Source: Candidatus Nomurabacteria bacterium (GTDB lineage: Bacteria; Patescibacteriota; Minisyncoccia; Phycocordibacterales; JAACPR01). Taken from it: 64,000 nt of DNA. Each line of letters begins with the position of its first letter. The stretch's first letter is position 1. Shown piece after piece: positions 56,901 through 62,396 of the stretch. The notes under the pieces were generated by a model. The model was not told the origin of the DNA. It saw only the letters and a list, made by a program, of their open reading frames with translations, and made no database searches. The stretch covers positions 8,701 to 72,700 of the forward strand of contig JACKFZ010000002.1 of NCBI GenBank assembly GCA_020632215.1, written 5' to 3'. The position numbers and the translations under genes were made by a program.

Positions 56901-59342
56901 GTAGAGATTAGTTGAACCTTCACTTAAAGCATCAGTGTCTGTTGCATTGAAGAAGTTGTAGAAAGGAATACCGAAGCTTGTGAGATTTGTGGCATCTAAG
57001 TAGTAACTTCCCTCTTGTCCATCGAATGTTCCTGTCCAGTTGCCTGTGGCGTCTAGAGTAATAGCTTCACCTACACAGTTAATACCTGTTCCTTCAACAT
57101 CAGAACAATCAAATGATAATGTGTCATCTGTTAAATCAACACCTGTGCTGACTGCTAGGTTAGTGTTAGCACTAATGTCGATAGTGTCATTGTTAGTAAA
57201 GACATTAGTAACACCTGTTAGGAATGATTCAAGTGAGCTTTCGGTATTGTTGTTCCAGATTGTAGTTGAAGCATTGATGTAATCTGCAACGTCTGTGTCT
57301 GTGTAATGAGTTAGATCTGAGATTTGGCTTTCTGTGATTGAAAGATTAGCCAAAGTTGTAATGTTTGGAAGTGTTGTTGTAGCACTTAGTCTGTTATCGA
57401 ATCTTGTGTTGGTGAAGTAGAGATTGGTTGAACCTTCACTTAAAGCATCAGTGTCTGTTGCATTGAAGAAGTTGTAGAAAGGAATACCGAAGCTTGTGAG
57501 ATTTGTGGCATCTAAGTAGTAACTTCCCTCTTGTCCATCGAATGTTCCTGTCCAGTTGCCTGTGGCGTCTAGAGTTAGTGCACCGCTTGAGATTGTTAGA
57601 CCTGAACCTGTGAGGTCTGTTACGTATTCCGAGTTAATTCCAAATGTGTCTGTGTAGAAGGTGGTTGAGGTTGCATTTGTGGTTGTCGAATTTTCAAATA
57701 ATGCATTTCCATTCACGTCCAAAGTTGTTCCGACATCAAAAGTTAATGTTCCAGAAGTAAACGAATCGCTAGCATCACTTCTAAGGAATTGTGTTGAATC
57801 GAAACTATCCAAAGTTGTTGCATCTCCACCTCCGCCACCTCCAGAAATCCCAAGCGAGCTCGTTGCTACCCACTCCACTCCTGATCCTGTTGTTTGCAAA
57901 ACATAACCATTTGTTCCAGCAGAACCATTAGTATCATAGAACTTTCCTGAAAGACTAGCGTCTGTTATATCAACTGATGGCAATGTAGAAGTCGCTGATG
58001 AAGTAGCTATGAAATATGAAGCTCGAACATCTCCATCAAATACTCCGTCCCCAGCAACAGACAAGGTTTTATACGGACTCGAAGTTCCAATACCCAATTT
58101 CTTGTTTGTTTGATCCCAATAGAAATTACTGTTGTCTTGTGACAGAAGACCTGATGAATCTATATACAAAACAGATCCACTAGTACCACTAGTGATGCTA
58201 CTTCCAATTGAAACACTAGCACTGACTGCTCCCCAAATAGGATCTGTACCTGTTCCTTGAGAAATAAGAGCTTGTCCTGATGTGCCCCATAAACCGTTTA
58301 AAGTAAATCCGCCTTCAAAATCTATATCGCCAGAAATTGTTGACGATGAATTTGTAACGGTAATTGTAGAAAATGTTGTATCACCCGCTGTTAGAGAATC
58401 ATTCCCAATATCAATTGATCCAAAACCAGAAGTAATAGATCCAGAATCTAAAACACCAACCGAAGTTGCATCAGCAACTGTACTGTAGTTTGTACTACTT
58501 CCTCCGTAAATATTTTTTATTGTTACACCTTGTCCTGAAAAGGATTCAATTTTGTTATTCAAATCATTCAAAACTTTTTCAATTGATGAAAGATTGATAC
58601 CACTAACAATAACAGGGGAGGTGTAGACTGTTTGAGAAACAACTCGATCTGGAATATTATTTGCGACATTCGAATTATCACTTTGATTGTCAGCAACCAA
58701 AACTTTTTTATCCTGACAAGAATTAAAACCTATCCAACTGGTGAAACCACAGTAAACATTTTTGATAAAACTTTTTACAAAAGTTCCTTCACTAGCAACT
58801 GCCAATTGATTTGAAGGATCACTAATTTTTGATGTATTTATTTTTTCAAAAACAGAATCTAAACTGTCACTAACATTGGCTACTAATCTATGAGCGAAAT
58901 CTGAAGTCTCCACAAGAGAACCTTCTACAAAATTTTTGCTAGCAAGTTGTTGAGAGAAATTTGCAGGAATCATCCCACTAGCCACCAAAGCAAAAATAAA
59001 AAAGAAAGAAGTTGTTAGATAAAATCCACGCAAAAAGTTTTTAGCTTTTTTGTCCTCTTGATGTTTATAAAATGAACTTCCAATTCTAGCTTGGGAAGCT
59101 TGCTTGTATGCTGTAGATTTTTCTTGAGACAATTCTTCTGATCGCCTAGTTTTTTCTATAGCCATCCTCTCGATATATTCCCTGACAGATTTCTCTTCTA
59201 CTAGCCATGCTCTTCCCACCATCTTTCCATCCAACATTCCTTGTCGACAAAGTCGCCCGACATAGTCGCTACTATAACCCAAAAGGTTGGCGGCCTCTTT
59301 GGCTGAAATATATTTTTTATTATCAATATCAAAACGATTCAT
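44985..59342 (-). CDS. Giant (4,785 aa) tail-fibre-like surface protein: N-terminal excisionase-type HTH, one TM helix, large T/S/N/G-rich repeat ectodomain, two C-terminal Peptidase_S74 intramolecular-chaperone domains
   Basis: The single ORF is open over 14,358 nt. Residues about 10-60 (ISAKEAANLLGYSSDYVGRLCRQGMLDGKMVGRAWLVEEKSVREYI) match the excisionase/MerR-type HTH pattern. The TM helix FYLTTSFFFIFALVASGMIPANF is at about residues 105-127. The recurring tail-fibre motif GIGT.SPy..L.V.GD occurs several times. About 11.5 nucleotide-identical 172-aa repeats. Near the C-terminus are two S74-like domains (SDVSIKSDIVNL...IGFVAQELEGVLPELV...YGNIAAVTVNAIQEIGQRINLL and SDQRLKEEITEL...IGLIAQEVESIFPELV...GFIPYIISAIKELNTKIQAL). 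The C-terminal tail carries the duplicated motif DPAPxSEPEPVVDETTPVEE. Confidence 0.8.
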   Translation of the reverse strand: MNRFDIDNKKYISAKEAANLLGYSSDYVGRLCRQGMLDGKMVGRAWLVEEKSVREYIERMAIEKTRRSEELSQEKSTAYKQASQARIGSSFYKHQEDKKAKNFLRGFYLTTSFFFIFALVASGMIPANFSQQLASKNFVEGSLVETSDFAHRLVANVSDSLDSVFEKINTSKISDPSNQLAVASEGTFVKSFIKNVYCGFTSWIGFNSCQDKKVLVADNQSDNSNVANNIPDRVVSQTVYTSPVIVSGINLSSIEKVLNDLNNKIESFSGQGVTIKNIYGGSSTNYSTVADATSVGVLDSGSITSGFGSIDIGNDSLTAGDTTFSTITVTNSSSTISGDIDFEGGFTLNGLWGTSGQALISQGTGTDPIWGAVSASVSIGSSITSGTSGSVLYIDSSGLLSQDNSNFYWDQTNKKLGIGTSSPYKTLSVAGDGVFDGDVRASYFIATSSATSTLPSVDITDASLSGKFYDTNGSAGTNGYVLQTTGSGVEWVATSSLGISGGGGGGDATTLDSFDSTQFLRSDASDSFTSGTLTFDVGTTLDVNGNALFENSTTTNATSTTFYTDTFGINSEYVTDLTGSGLTISSGALTLDATGNWTGTFDGQEGSYYLDATNLTSFGIPFYNFFNATDTDALSEGSTNLYFTNTRFDNRLSATTTLPNITTLANLSITESQISDLTHYTDTDVADYINASTTIWNNNTESSLESFLTGVTNVFTNNDTIDISANTNLAVSTGVDLTDDTLSFDCSDVEGTGINCVGEAITLDATGNWTGTFDGQEGSYYLDATNLTSFGIPFYNFFNATDTDALSEGSTNLYFTNARADARINATSSVGTLTALPNLSTVGTITSGVWNGTSIGDAYIDDNITASNYLSLANWYATTTDALSEGSNNFYYTENRFTSSLAATSSVASITALPNLSITESQISNLDHYTITDFAGHLAGTTTDALSEGGTNLYFTDARVASYINASTTIAHEAGSAYGDVLYWTGSRWDTVATSSLGISSHDPVTLAGSYDYLTLSGQQITLDQVDLASDVSGNLPVTNLGSGTGASSATFWRGDGTWATPSGAGNVSGPIGATDNAIVRFNGITGTTIQNSGITIDDSNNIDGVASVDLNTSGSLTIAGTSIITDSAGTATLSNIDALDTTTESTIESAIDTLSNLTSASSLATIGTITSGVWNGSVIGEVYGGTGITTYTTGDILYADGANSLAKLPIGSSGQVLKVSGGVPTWGADSTGGGGGSGVWATTTDNLAIYPDDTSDVVIVGGSATTSSGYILEVIGDSLFDDITVTGATSTTFYTDTFGINSEYVTDLTGSGLTISSGALTLDATGNWTGTFDGQEGSYYLDATNLTSFGIPFYNFFNATDTDALSEGSTNLYFTNTRFDNRLSATTTLPNITTLANLSITESQISDLTHYTDTDVADYINASTTIWNNNTESSLESFLTGVTNVFTNNDTIDISANTNLAVSTGVDLTDDTLSFDCSDVEGTGINCVGEAITLDATGNWTGTFDGQEGSYYLDATNLTSFGIPFYNFFNATDTDALSEGSTNLYFTNTRFDNRLSATTTLPNITTLANLSITESQISDLTHYTDTDVADYINASTTIWNNNTESSLESFLTGVTNVFTNNDTIDISANTNLAVSTGVDLTDDTLSFDCSDVEGTGINCVGEAITLDATGNWTGTFDGQEGSYYLDATNLTSFGIPFYNFFNATDTDALSEGSTNLYFTNTRFDNRLSATTTLPNITTLANLSITESQISDLTHYTDTDVADYINASTTIWNNNTESSLESFLTGVTNVFTNNDTIDISANTNLAVSTGVDLTDDTLSFDCSDVEGTGINCVGEAITLDATGNWTGTFDGQEGSYYLDATNLTSFGIPFYNFFNATDTDALSEGSTNLYFTNTRFDNRLSATTTLPNITTLANLSITESQISDLTHYTDTDVADYINASTTIWNNNTESSLESFLTGVTNVFTNNDTIDISANTNLAVSTGVDLTDDTLSFDCSDVEGTGINCVGEAITLDATGNWTGTFDGQEGSYYLDATNLTSFGIPFYNFFNATDTDALSEGSTNLYFTNTRFDNRLSATTTLPNITTLANLSITESQISDLTHYTDTDVADYINASTTIWNNNTESSLESFLTGVTNVFTNNDTIDISANTNLAVSTGVDLTDDTLSFDCSDVEGTGINCVGEAITLDATGNWTGTFDGQEGSYYLDATNLTSFGIPFYNFFNATDTDALSEGSTNLYFTNTRFDNRLSATTTLPNITTLANLSITESQISDLTHYTDTDVADYINASTTIWNNNTESSLESFLTGVTNVFTNNDTIDISANTNLAVSTGVDLTDDTLSFDCSDVEGTGINCVGEAITLDATGNWTGTFDGQEGSYYLDATNLTSFGIPFYNFFNATDTDALSEGSTNLYFTNTRFDNRLSATTTLPNITTLANLSITESQISDLTHYTDTDVADYINASTTIWNNNTESSLESFLTGVTNVFTNNDTIDISANTNLAVSTGVDLTDDTLSFDCSDVEGTGINCVGEAITLDATGNWTGTFDGQEGSYYLDATNLTSFGIPFYNFFNATDTDALSEGSTNLYFTNTRFDNRLSATTTLPNITTLANLSITESQISDLTHYTDTDVADYINASTTIWNNNTESSLESFLTGVTNVFTNNDTIDISANTNLAVSTGVDLTDDTLSFDCSDVEGTGINCVGEAITLDATGNWTGTFDGQEGSYYLDATNLTSFGIPFYNFFNATDTDALSEGSTNLYFTNTRFDNRLSATTTLPNITTLANLSITESQISDLTHYTDTDVADYINASTTIWNNNTESSLESFLTGVTNVFTNNDTIDISANTNLAVSTGVDLTDDTLSFDCSDVEGTGINCVGEAITLDATGNWTGTFDGQEGSYYLDATNLTSFGIPFYNFFNATDTDALSEGSTNLYFTNTRFDNRLSATTTLPNITTLANLSITESQISDLTHYTDTDVADYINASTTIWNNNTESSLESFLTGVTNVFTNNDTIDISANTNLAVSTGVDLTDDTLSFDCSDVEGTGINCVGEAITLDATGNWTGTFDGQEGSYYLDATNLTSFGIPFYNFFNATDTDALSEGSTNLYFTNTRFDNRLSATTTLPNITTLANLSITESQISDLTHYTDTDVADYINASTTIWNNNTESSLESFLTGVTNVFTNNDTIDISANTNLAVSTGVDLTDDTLSFDCSDVEGTGINCVGEAITLDATGNWTGTFDGQEGSYYLDATNLTSFGIPFYNFFNATDTDALSEGSTNLYFTNTRFDNRLSATTTLPNITTLANLSTVGTIGTGVWQGTAVADTYVANDLTISGGTINNTPIGISSASTGVFTNATTTNFNTTNYLTLNGLFGTSGQTLTSNGTGTAPTWQDVASGSGDVSGPASATNNAIVRFNGTTGKIIKNSGITISDLDSIDGVYSINLDANGYLSVNSSAIIYDSGGNTSILNIDSLDATTESTIESAIDTLANLTSASSLATVGTITSGTWNGSAIGEVYGGTGITTYTAGDILYADGSNSLAKLPIGTSGQVLSVSGGLPTWGASSGSISIGDSIGSGDPGAVLFIDGSGNLAQDKGDFYWDATNNYFGIGTSTVSTTLAVEGTEANDLFLLSIPFSADPEYDTIFLADNAGHVGVGTTSPYARFSVVGTDNQTNPIFQAAIRAEGPTNYPVFTISGYSGFTGIGTTTPSGDLAVESDNQTRAFVVGNNDGAGQITDVLTVGSDINTNGVNFVIYNSTASVLNNEVFVVKGDNGSETAKVGVGTSTPYATLSVDGDFALTGGLYDNNASLGTSGYVLQSTGTGVQWAASSGGIDGTLTAGRVPFASDADTLTDDAGLTFSTSVGLVGNESGGTTEDFRWEATGASHGLFVDASANQVGIGLNASTLQTGKTLTVYDDISVVQTVNSGNGLDLNYNSIALNSGSNQFDLLSTNLSFTDGASYAQLGPSYLNFGSTFGSTGYGVRDNSGVVEAKDSGGSWIPIVPSDTAFGVGWDSDTGAASKNAIYDKIVALEADISALNSATSTWAYVNGPTDDDLSGTYSRSGTTVTVTATAHGHIVGHKVYLNFTTGAAADGLFTVTSVADANTFTVTHGTSGTTSGNVTLERTAIFGSSNVNSVAEIATGRYWINFEDPMDSANYAILGSVQTSWSVASDRVFAPLDDESQTAYGFNLRINSSSASSNSSGKGDEFYFAIGGDSSGSFWAQSGSDIYYLSGGVGIGTSSPSSALAITQSSNDASGGIYLEASDGDYRAIYMNTSQVLNFEGGAGNTATLNAAGEWTNASDVSIKSDIVNLNYGLTEIMDLIPRRYKIKAGQNELGEDIYIETIGFVAQELEGVLPELVHGEDGKKGISYGNIAAVTVNAIQEIGQRINLLSAPTSTPSIVLDENGNVSFANSLDVTGRAVVDSLRVGSTTSVFGGALVINATNTSSFAGNLAVGDDLAVDGNIILGNATNTITFDLDGITSSGSFGINSGSNTSIFISDSGYIGVGTTSPVRPLHVFHATSGSPVRFQDANAYCEIDPSDASWICTSDQRLKEEITELSSQDILAKFVDLKPVEFEWKTDENNEKRIGLIAQEVESIFPELVKTSPDGEHLKSVSYGGFIPYIISAIKELNTKIQALSEQVQDIANNSYSSVVSVFQKLTVGSPEKPTGITLYDEETGEPYCLSIKNGMTVTRNGECGTAPEDVTSSTLQNTLIDDSGDSSSDPAPVSEPEPVVDETTPVEENPVIEEQVTDPAPASEPEPVVDETTPVEEVIEPTVTEPVDSNTEQTSQNSDNLSTAQ
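49466..55378. repeat. Perfect 516-bp (172-aa) tandem repeat array, about 11.5 copies, inside the giant gene
   Basis: The nucleotide sequence recurs with an exact 516-nt period. Antisense ORFs with identical translations begin at 49684, 50200, ... 54844. The first copy differs at 49551 (g versus a). An extra copy and its flank (about 56880..57680) duplicate 54800..55480. Confidence 0.9.
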
Positions 59343-59533
59343 TGAGTACTATTTGCGTTGCGGATAAGTGGTTGCAGTCACCTATTCCATAGCTCAGATT
59401 TGGGTGAATTCCCTTGACGCATTTCGAGAAAATTCACTACCTATATTTTATCGTCCATGTACATATTTATATATAAAAAATAACTTGCCCGTGTGGACAA
59501 GTTCGTTCATCCGAAAAAACTATATTTTACAAG

Positions 59534-60142
59534 CTATATCGGATATCCAGTAAAAATTTTAACCAGCCAAAATATTAACGGAGTAAAAAATTTCCAGATG
59601 AAGAAGATAAATATAATGATCAGAAAAAAGCCTTGTTTCTCAATGGTTTCACGCAATCCTAAATATTTTTGAGGTAAAAGCGAAAATAATACTTTTGATC
59701 CATCTAGCGGAGGAATAGGGATTAAATTAAAAATAGCCAAGACAACATTAATAATTACAATCAGCATTGATATTTCATAAAAAGATGGTGTAACTAGATT
59801 TCCGCCAAATTTTATAAAAATTCCAAAAATAAATGCAATAAAAAGATTTGAAAATGGGCCAGCAATTGCTACCAAAAATTCGCCCCATCTTCTATTTTTT
59901 AAATTATACGGATTATATGGAACAGGCTTTGCCCAGCCAAAAATAAATCCCCCGGGGAGAATTGCTAGCAACAATGGAAAAATAATTGAACCAAACACAT
60001 CTAAATGTTTCACCGGATTCAAAGTTAATCTTCCTTGATATTGTGCTGTCCTATCCCCCAAGGCCAAGGCCATATATCCATGAGAAACTTCATGGACAAC
60101 AGCTGACATAATTAAGACAATAATTGAAAAAATAATTTCCAT
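59534..60142 (-). CDS. Site-2 protease (M50 family) intramembrane zinc metalloprotease, small form
   Basis: The HExxH motif sits in a TM helix (VVHEVSHGYMAL). The second motif NLIPIPPLDGSKV matches the S2P NxxPxxxLDGG signature. Several TM helices. The start is placed at MEIIF because the upstream extension overlaps a repeated intergenic motif. Confidence 0.7.
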   Translation of the reverse strand: MEIIFSIIVLIMSAVVHEVSHGYMALALGDRTAQYQGRLTLNPVKHLDVFGSIIFPLLLAILPGGFIFGWAKPVPYNPYNLKNRRWGEFLVAIAGPFSNLFIAFIFGIFIKFGGNLVTPSFYEISMLIVIINVVLAIFNLIPIPPLDGSKVLFSLLPQKYLGLRETIEKQGFFLIIIFIFFIWKFFTPLIFWLVKIFTGYPI

Positions 60143-60338
60143 AAATTTAAAAAATGAAATCCGAAATACAAAATTCGAAACATTAGTTGGAAACACAAAT
60201 TTAGTTTATAAAGACTTTCGGATTTCGTGCTTCGTGCTTCGAATTTCTCTTGGTTGCATTATAAAGAAAGTGTGTTAGGATAGCAAAACCTAATTCTCCA
60301 ACCTAATTAGAAAACAGGAGAGATTTAAGAAAAAAGAT

Positions 60339-60581
60339 ATGGCAAATAAATGCGACATCACAGGAAAAAAAACTAGAGTAGGAGGAGGTTACTCAAACCG
60401 AACTCGTGCTACTCAATTCAATCCTTCAGGAAAAAGACGAAGGAAAGTTAACCTGCAAAAGAAAAAAGTTTTTGTTCCAGAAATTGGAAAATCGGTGACA
60501 CTAAATATTTCTGCAAAAGCTATCAAAACCATCAACAAAAAAGGTGCGTACAAAACTTTGAAAGACGCAAATTTAATTTAA
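60339..60581 (+). CDS. rpmB: 50S ribosomal protein L28
   Basis: MANKCDITGKKTRVGGGYSNRTRATQFNPSGKRRRKVNLQKK... An AGGAGA RBS lies upstream. Confidence 0.85.
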   Translation: MANKCDITGKKTRVGGGYSNRTRATQFNPSGKRRRKVNLQKKKVFVPEIGKSVTLNISAKAIKTINKKGAYKTLKDANLI

Positions 60582-61444
60582 TTTTCGAACCACACTTCCC
60601 TACCATTGGATCTCGCAACAATCGTCGCGAGATTTTTTGTTTCAAAAATTTCTACATTAAATTTTTTTAGTGAATCCAAAACTTCTTGATGAGGATGTCC
60701 GAACGAATTATTTTTTCCTGCAGAAATAATTCCATACTTTGCTTTTACAAAACCAAGAAATAAATCTGATGTTGAAGTGTTGGATCCGTGATGCCCAACT
60801 TTTAAAACATCACTCTCTAAATAATTACCAAAAATTGAAATTAAATATTGTTCAACATTTTTTGGTGAATCACCTGTTAAGAGAAAAGAAGTTTTCCCAT
60901 AAATTAATTTTGCAACAATTGATGTTTCGTTTTTTTCATTCGTAACAAAATCATCATCAGGGAATAAGATATCTAGATAGATGTCGCGATCTATATCAAG
61001 AAAAATCTTATCTCCTCTTTTGACATTTATAAGTTTGGCATTCTGTTGACTACTTCTTTTTTCAATTTCAAAAACAATATCAGTATCTTCATGTTTCTCT
61101 GATTCAAATAAATAGTCAGTGGAATAAGATGATAAAACAGCAGGAAAACCTCCAATATGATCTGCATCAGGATGAGTCATCAAAATAGCATCAATATTTT
61201 TATCAAACCAACTTAACTTTTTTCCTACCTCTTCAACAACTTTCCCATCTAAACCCGCATCAACAAGAACCTGATTACCATTAGGAGACTCGATCAAGAT
61301 AGCGTCACCTTGCCCAACATCGAGAAAATAAACTGACAACAATTCCTTTTCTTTTACAAAATGAATGTTTTTAAAAAGAAAGACTGCAGAAAATAGTAAT
61401 AATACTGTTAAAAATACGATATATAAAAATCTTTTTGTCAGCAT
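60578..61444 (-). CDS. MBL-fold metallo-hydrolase of the ComEC C-terminal-domain type (standalone, N-terminal TM anchor)
   Basis: YFLDVGQGDAILIESPNGNQVLVDAG...ILMTHPDADHIGG...LKVGHHGS...GHPHQEVL reproduces the ComEC/Rec2 beta-lactamase-domain motifs. Confidence 0.65.
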   Translation of the reverse strand: MLTKRFLYIVFLTVLLLFSAVFLFKNIHFVKEKELLSVYFLDVGQGDAILIESPNGNQVLVDAGLDGKVVEEVGKKLSWFDKNIDAILMTHPDADHIGGFPAVLSSYSTDYLFESEKHEDTDIVFEIEKRSSQQNAKLINVKRGDKIFLDIDRDIYLDILFPDDDFVTNEKNETSIVAKLIYGKTSFLLTGDSPKNVEQYLISIFGNYLESDVLKVGHHGSNTSTSDLFLGFVKAKYGIISAGKNNSFGHPHQEVLDSLKKFNVEIFETKNLATIVARSNGREVWFEN

Positions 61445-61500
61445 ATTATGACCATAACATTATTGATATAATAAAATTATTAAAAATTAATCAACTATTT

Positions 61501-62091
61501 ATGAAGAAATACACAGCAAAAACATTCGATATTCCAGAATTAAAAGGGATTTCTGCTAAAAATATAGAAGAACATCTCAAACTTTATGAAGGGTATGTGA
61601 AACACACCAATTTAATTCTGGAAAAAATAGCTGAGCTAGGTGGAAGTGAAGAAAACGCCTATGCTGTAGCTGAAATGCAACGTAGATTTGGCTTTGAATT
61701 TGATGGTATGAGAAATCACGAATACTATTTTTCTTCATTAGAAGGTGGATCTAAGCCAATAGATGAATCTAATAATTTACACAAGGCTATTACTGAAGAA
61801 TGGGGATCTTTTGATTCTTGGTTAAATAGATTCAAAACATTAGCAAAAACTAGAGGCATTGGGTGGGCAATATTATATTTTGATAAAAAAGAAGGAAAAC
61901 TACTAAACTCTTGGGTAGACGAGCAACATTTAGGCCACTTAACAGGTCTATCTCCTATTTTAGCTCTAGATATGTGGGAGCATTCTTTTGTTTCCGACTA
62001 TCAACCAAGTGGTAGAGGACAATATATAGAAGATTTTTTTGAAAATCTAAACTGGAACGTTATAAAGGACAATTTTGAAAAGGCACAATAA
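61501..62091 (+). CDS. Fe/Mn superoxide dismutase-like protein
   Basis: IEEHLKLYEGYVKHTN (like MEIHHTKHHQTYVNN), NHEYYF (like NHSLFW) and LDMWEHSFV (like LDVWEHAYY). Three of the four Mn/Fe ligand positions (H, H, D...H) appear to be conserved. The start is at MKKYTAK. Confidence 0.55.
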   Translation: MKKYTAKTFDIPELKGISAKNIEEHLKLYEGYVKHTNLILEKIAELGGSEENAYAVAEMQRRFGFEFDGMRNHEYYFSSLEGGSKPIDESNNLHKAITEEWGSFDSWLNRFKTLAKTRGIGWAILYFDKKEGKLLNSWVDEQHLGHLTGLSPILALDMWEHSFVSDYQPSGRGQYIEDFFENLNWNVIKDNFEKAQ

Positions 62092-62181
62092 TTATAAAGG
62101 ACATTTTGAAAAAAACTGCATACCTTCATTTTGGAATTTAGGTATGATAGTGTAATTCCAGAATGCGTTCCACGTGTTCCA

Positions 62182-62386
62182 GGTAGGATGGTTTCACGGA
62201 AAGCGAGCCGGGTTAAACATACCCGGAACCTCACGTGCCGAAAGAAAAATGCATAAGTCGCCGGAACCATCCTACCCGTTTTTATTTTTATTTATCTATG
62301 CTAGAGTACTTCCCAGAGTGGCTCCAAAGTCGGAAAGTGCAATCTCATACGCGCAGGGAACGAGCGCAAATGCACTGGAGCCACTC
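62182..62386 (+). ncRNA. Two adjacent GC-rich long-stem structured elements, each followed by a T-run; candidate small ncRNA(s) or compound terminators
   Basis: Element 1 spans 62182..62292: ggtaggatggtt then about 70 nt then aaccatcctaccc then gtttttatttttattt. Element 2 spans 62316..62386: gagtggctcca then an internal gcgc stem then tggagccactc then gcccttttatc. Both are GC-rich in an AT-rich genome. The overlapping ORFs translate as junk. Confidence 0.25.
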
Positions 62387-62396
62387 GCCCTTTTAT

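Noticed and set aside
49684-57282. Twelve identical 80-aa plus-strand ORFs (MPVASRVIASPTQLIPV...) at 516-nt spacing, plus other plus-strand ORFs between 45015 and 58814
   Set aside because: They are antisense to the 14.4-kb giant gene and simply reflect its tandem repeats. They have no start or RBS context and junk composition.
44985-60196. Prophage or tail-fibre cassette interpretation of the giant gene because of its Peptidase_S74 domains
   Set aside because: There are no other phage genes (capsid, terminase, integrase). The gene is flanked by rpsL and a site-2 protease. The N-terminal TM anchor indicates a cellular surface protein that borrowed a phage-like fibre architecture.
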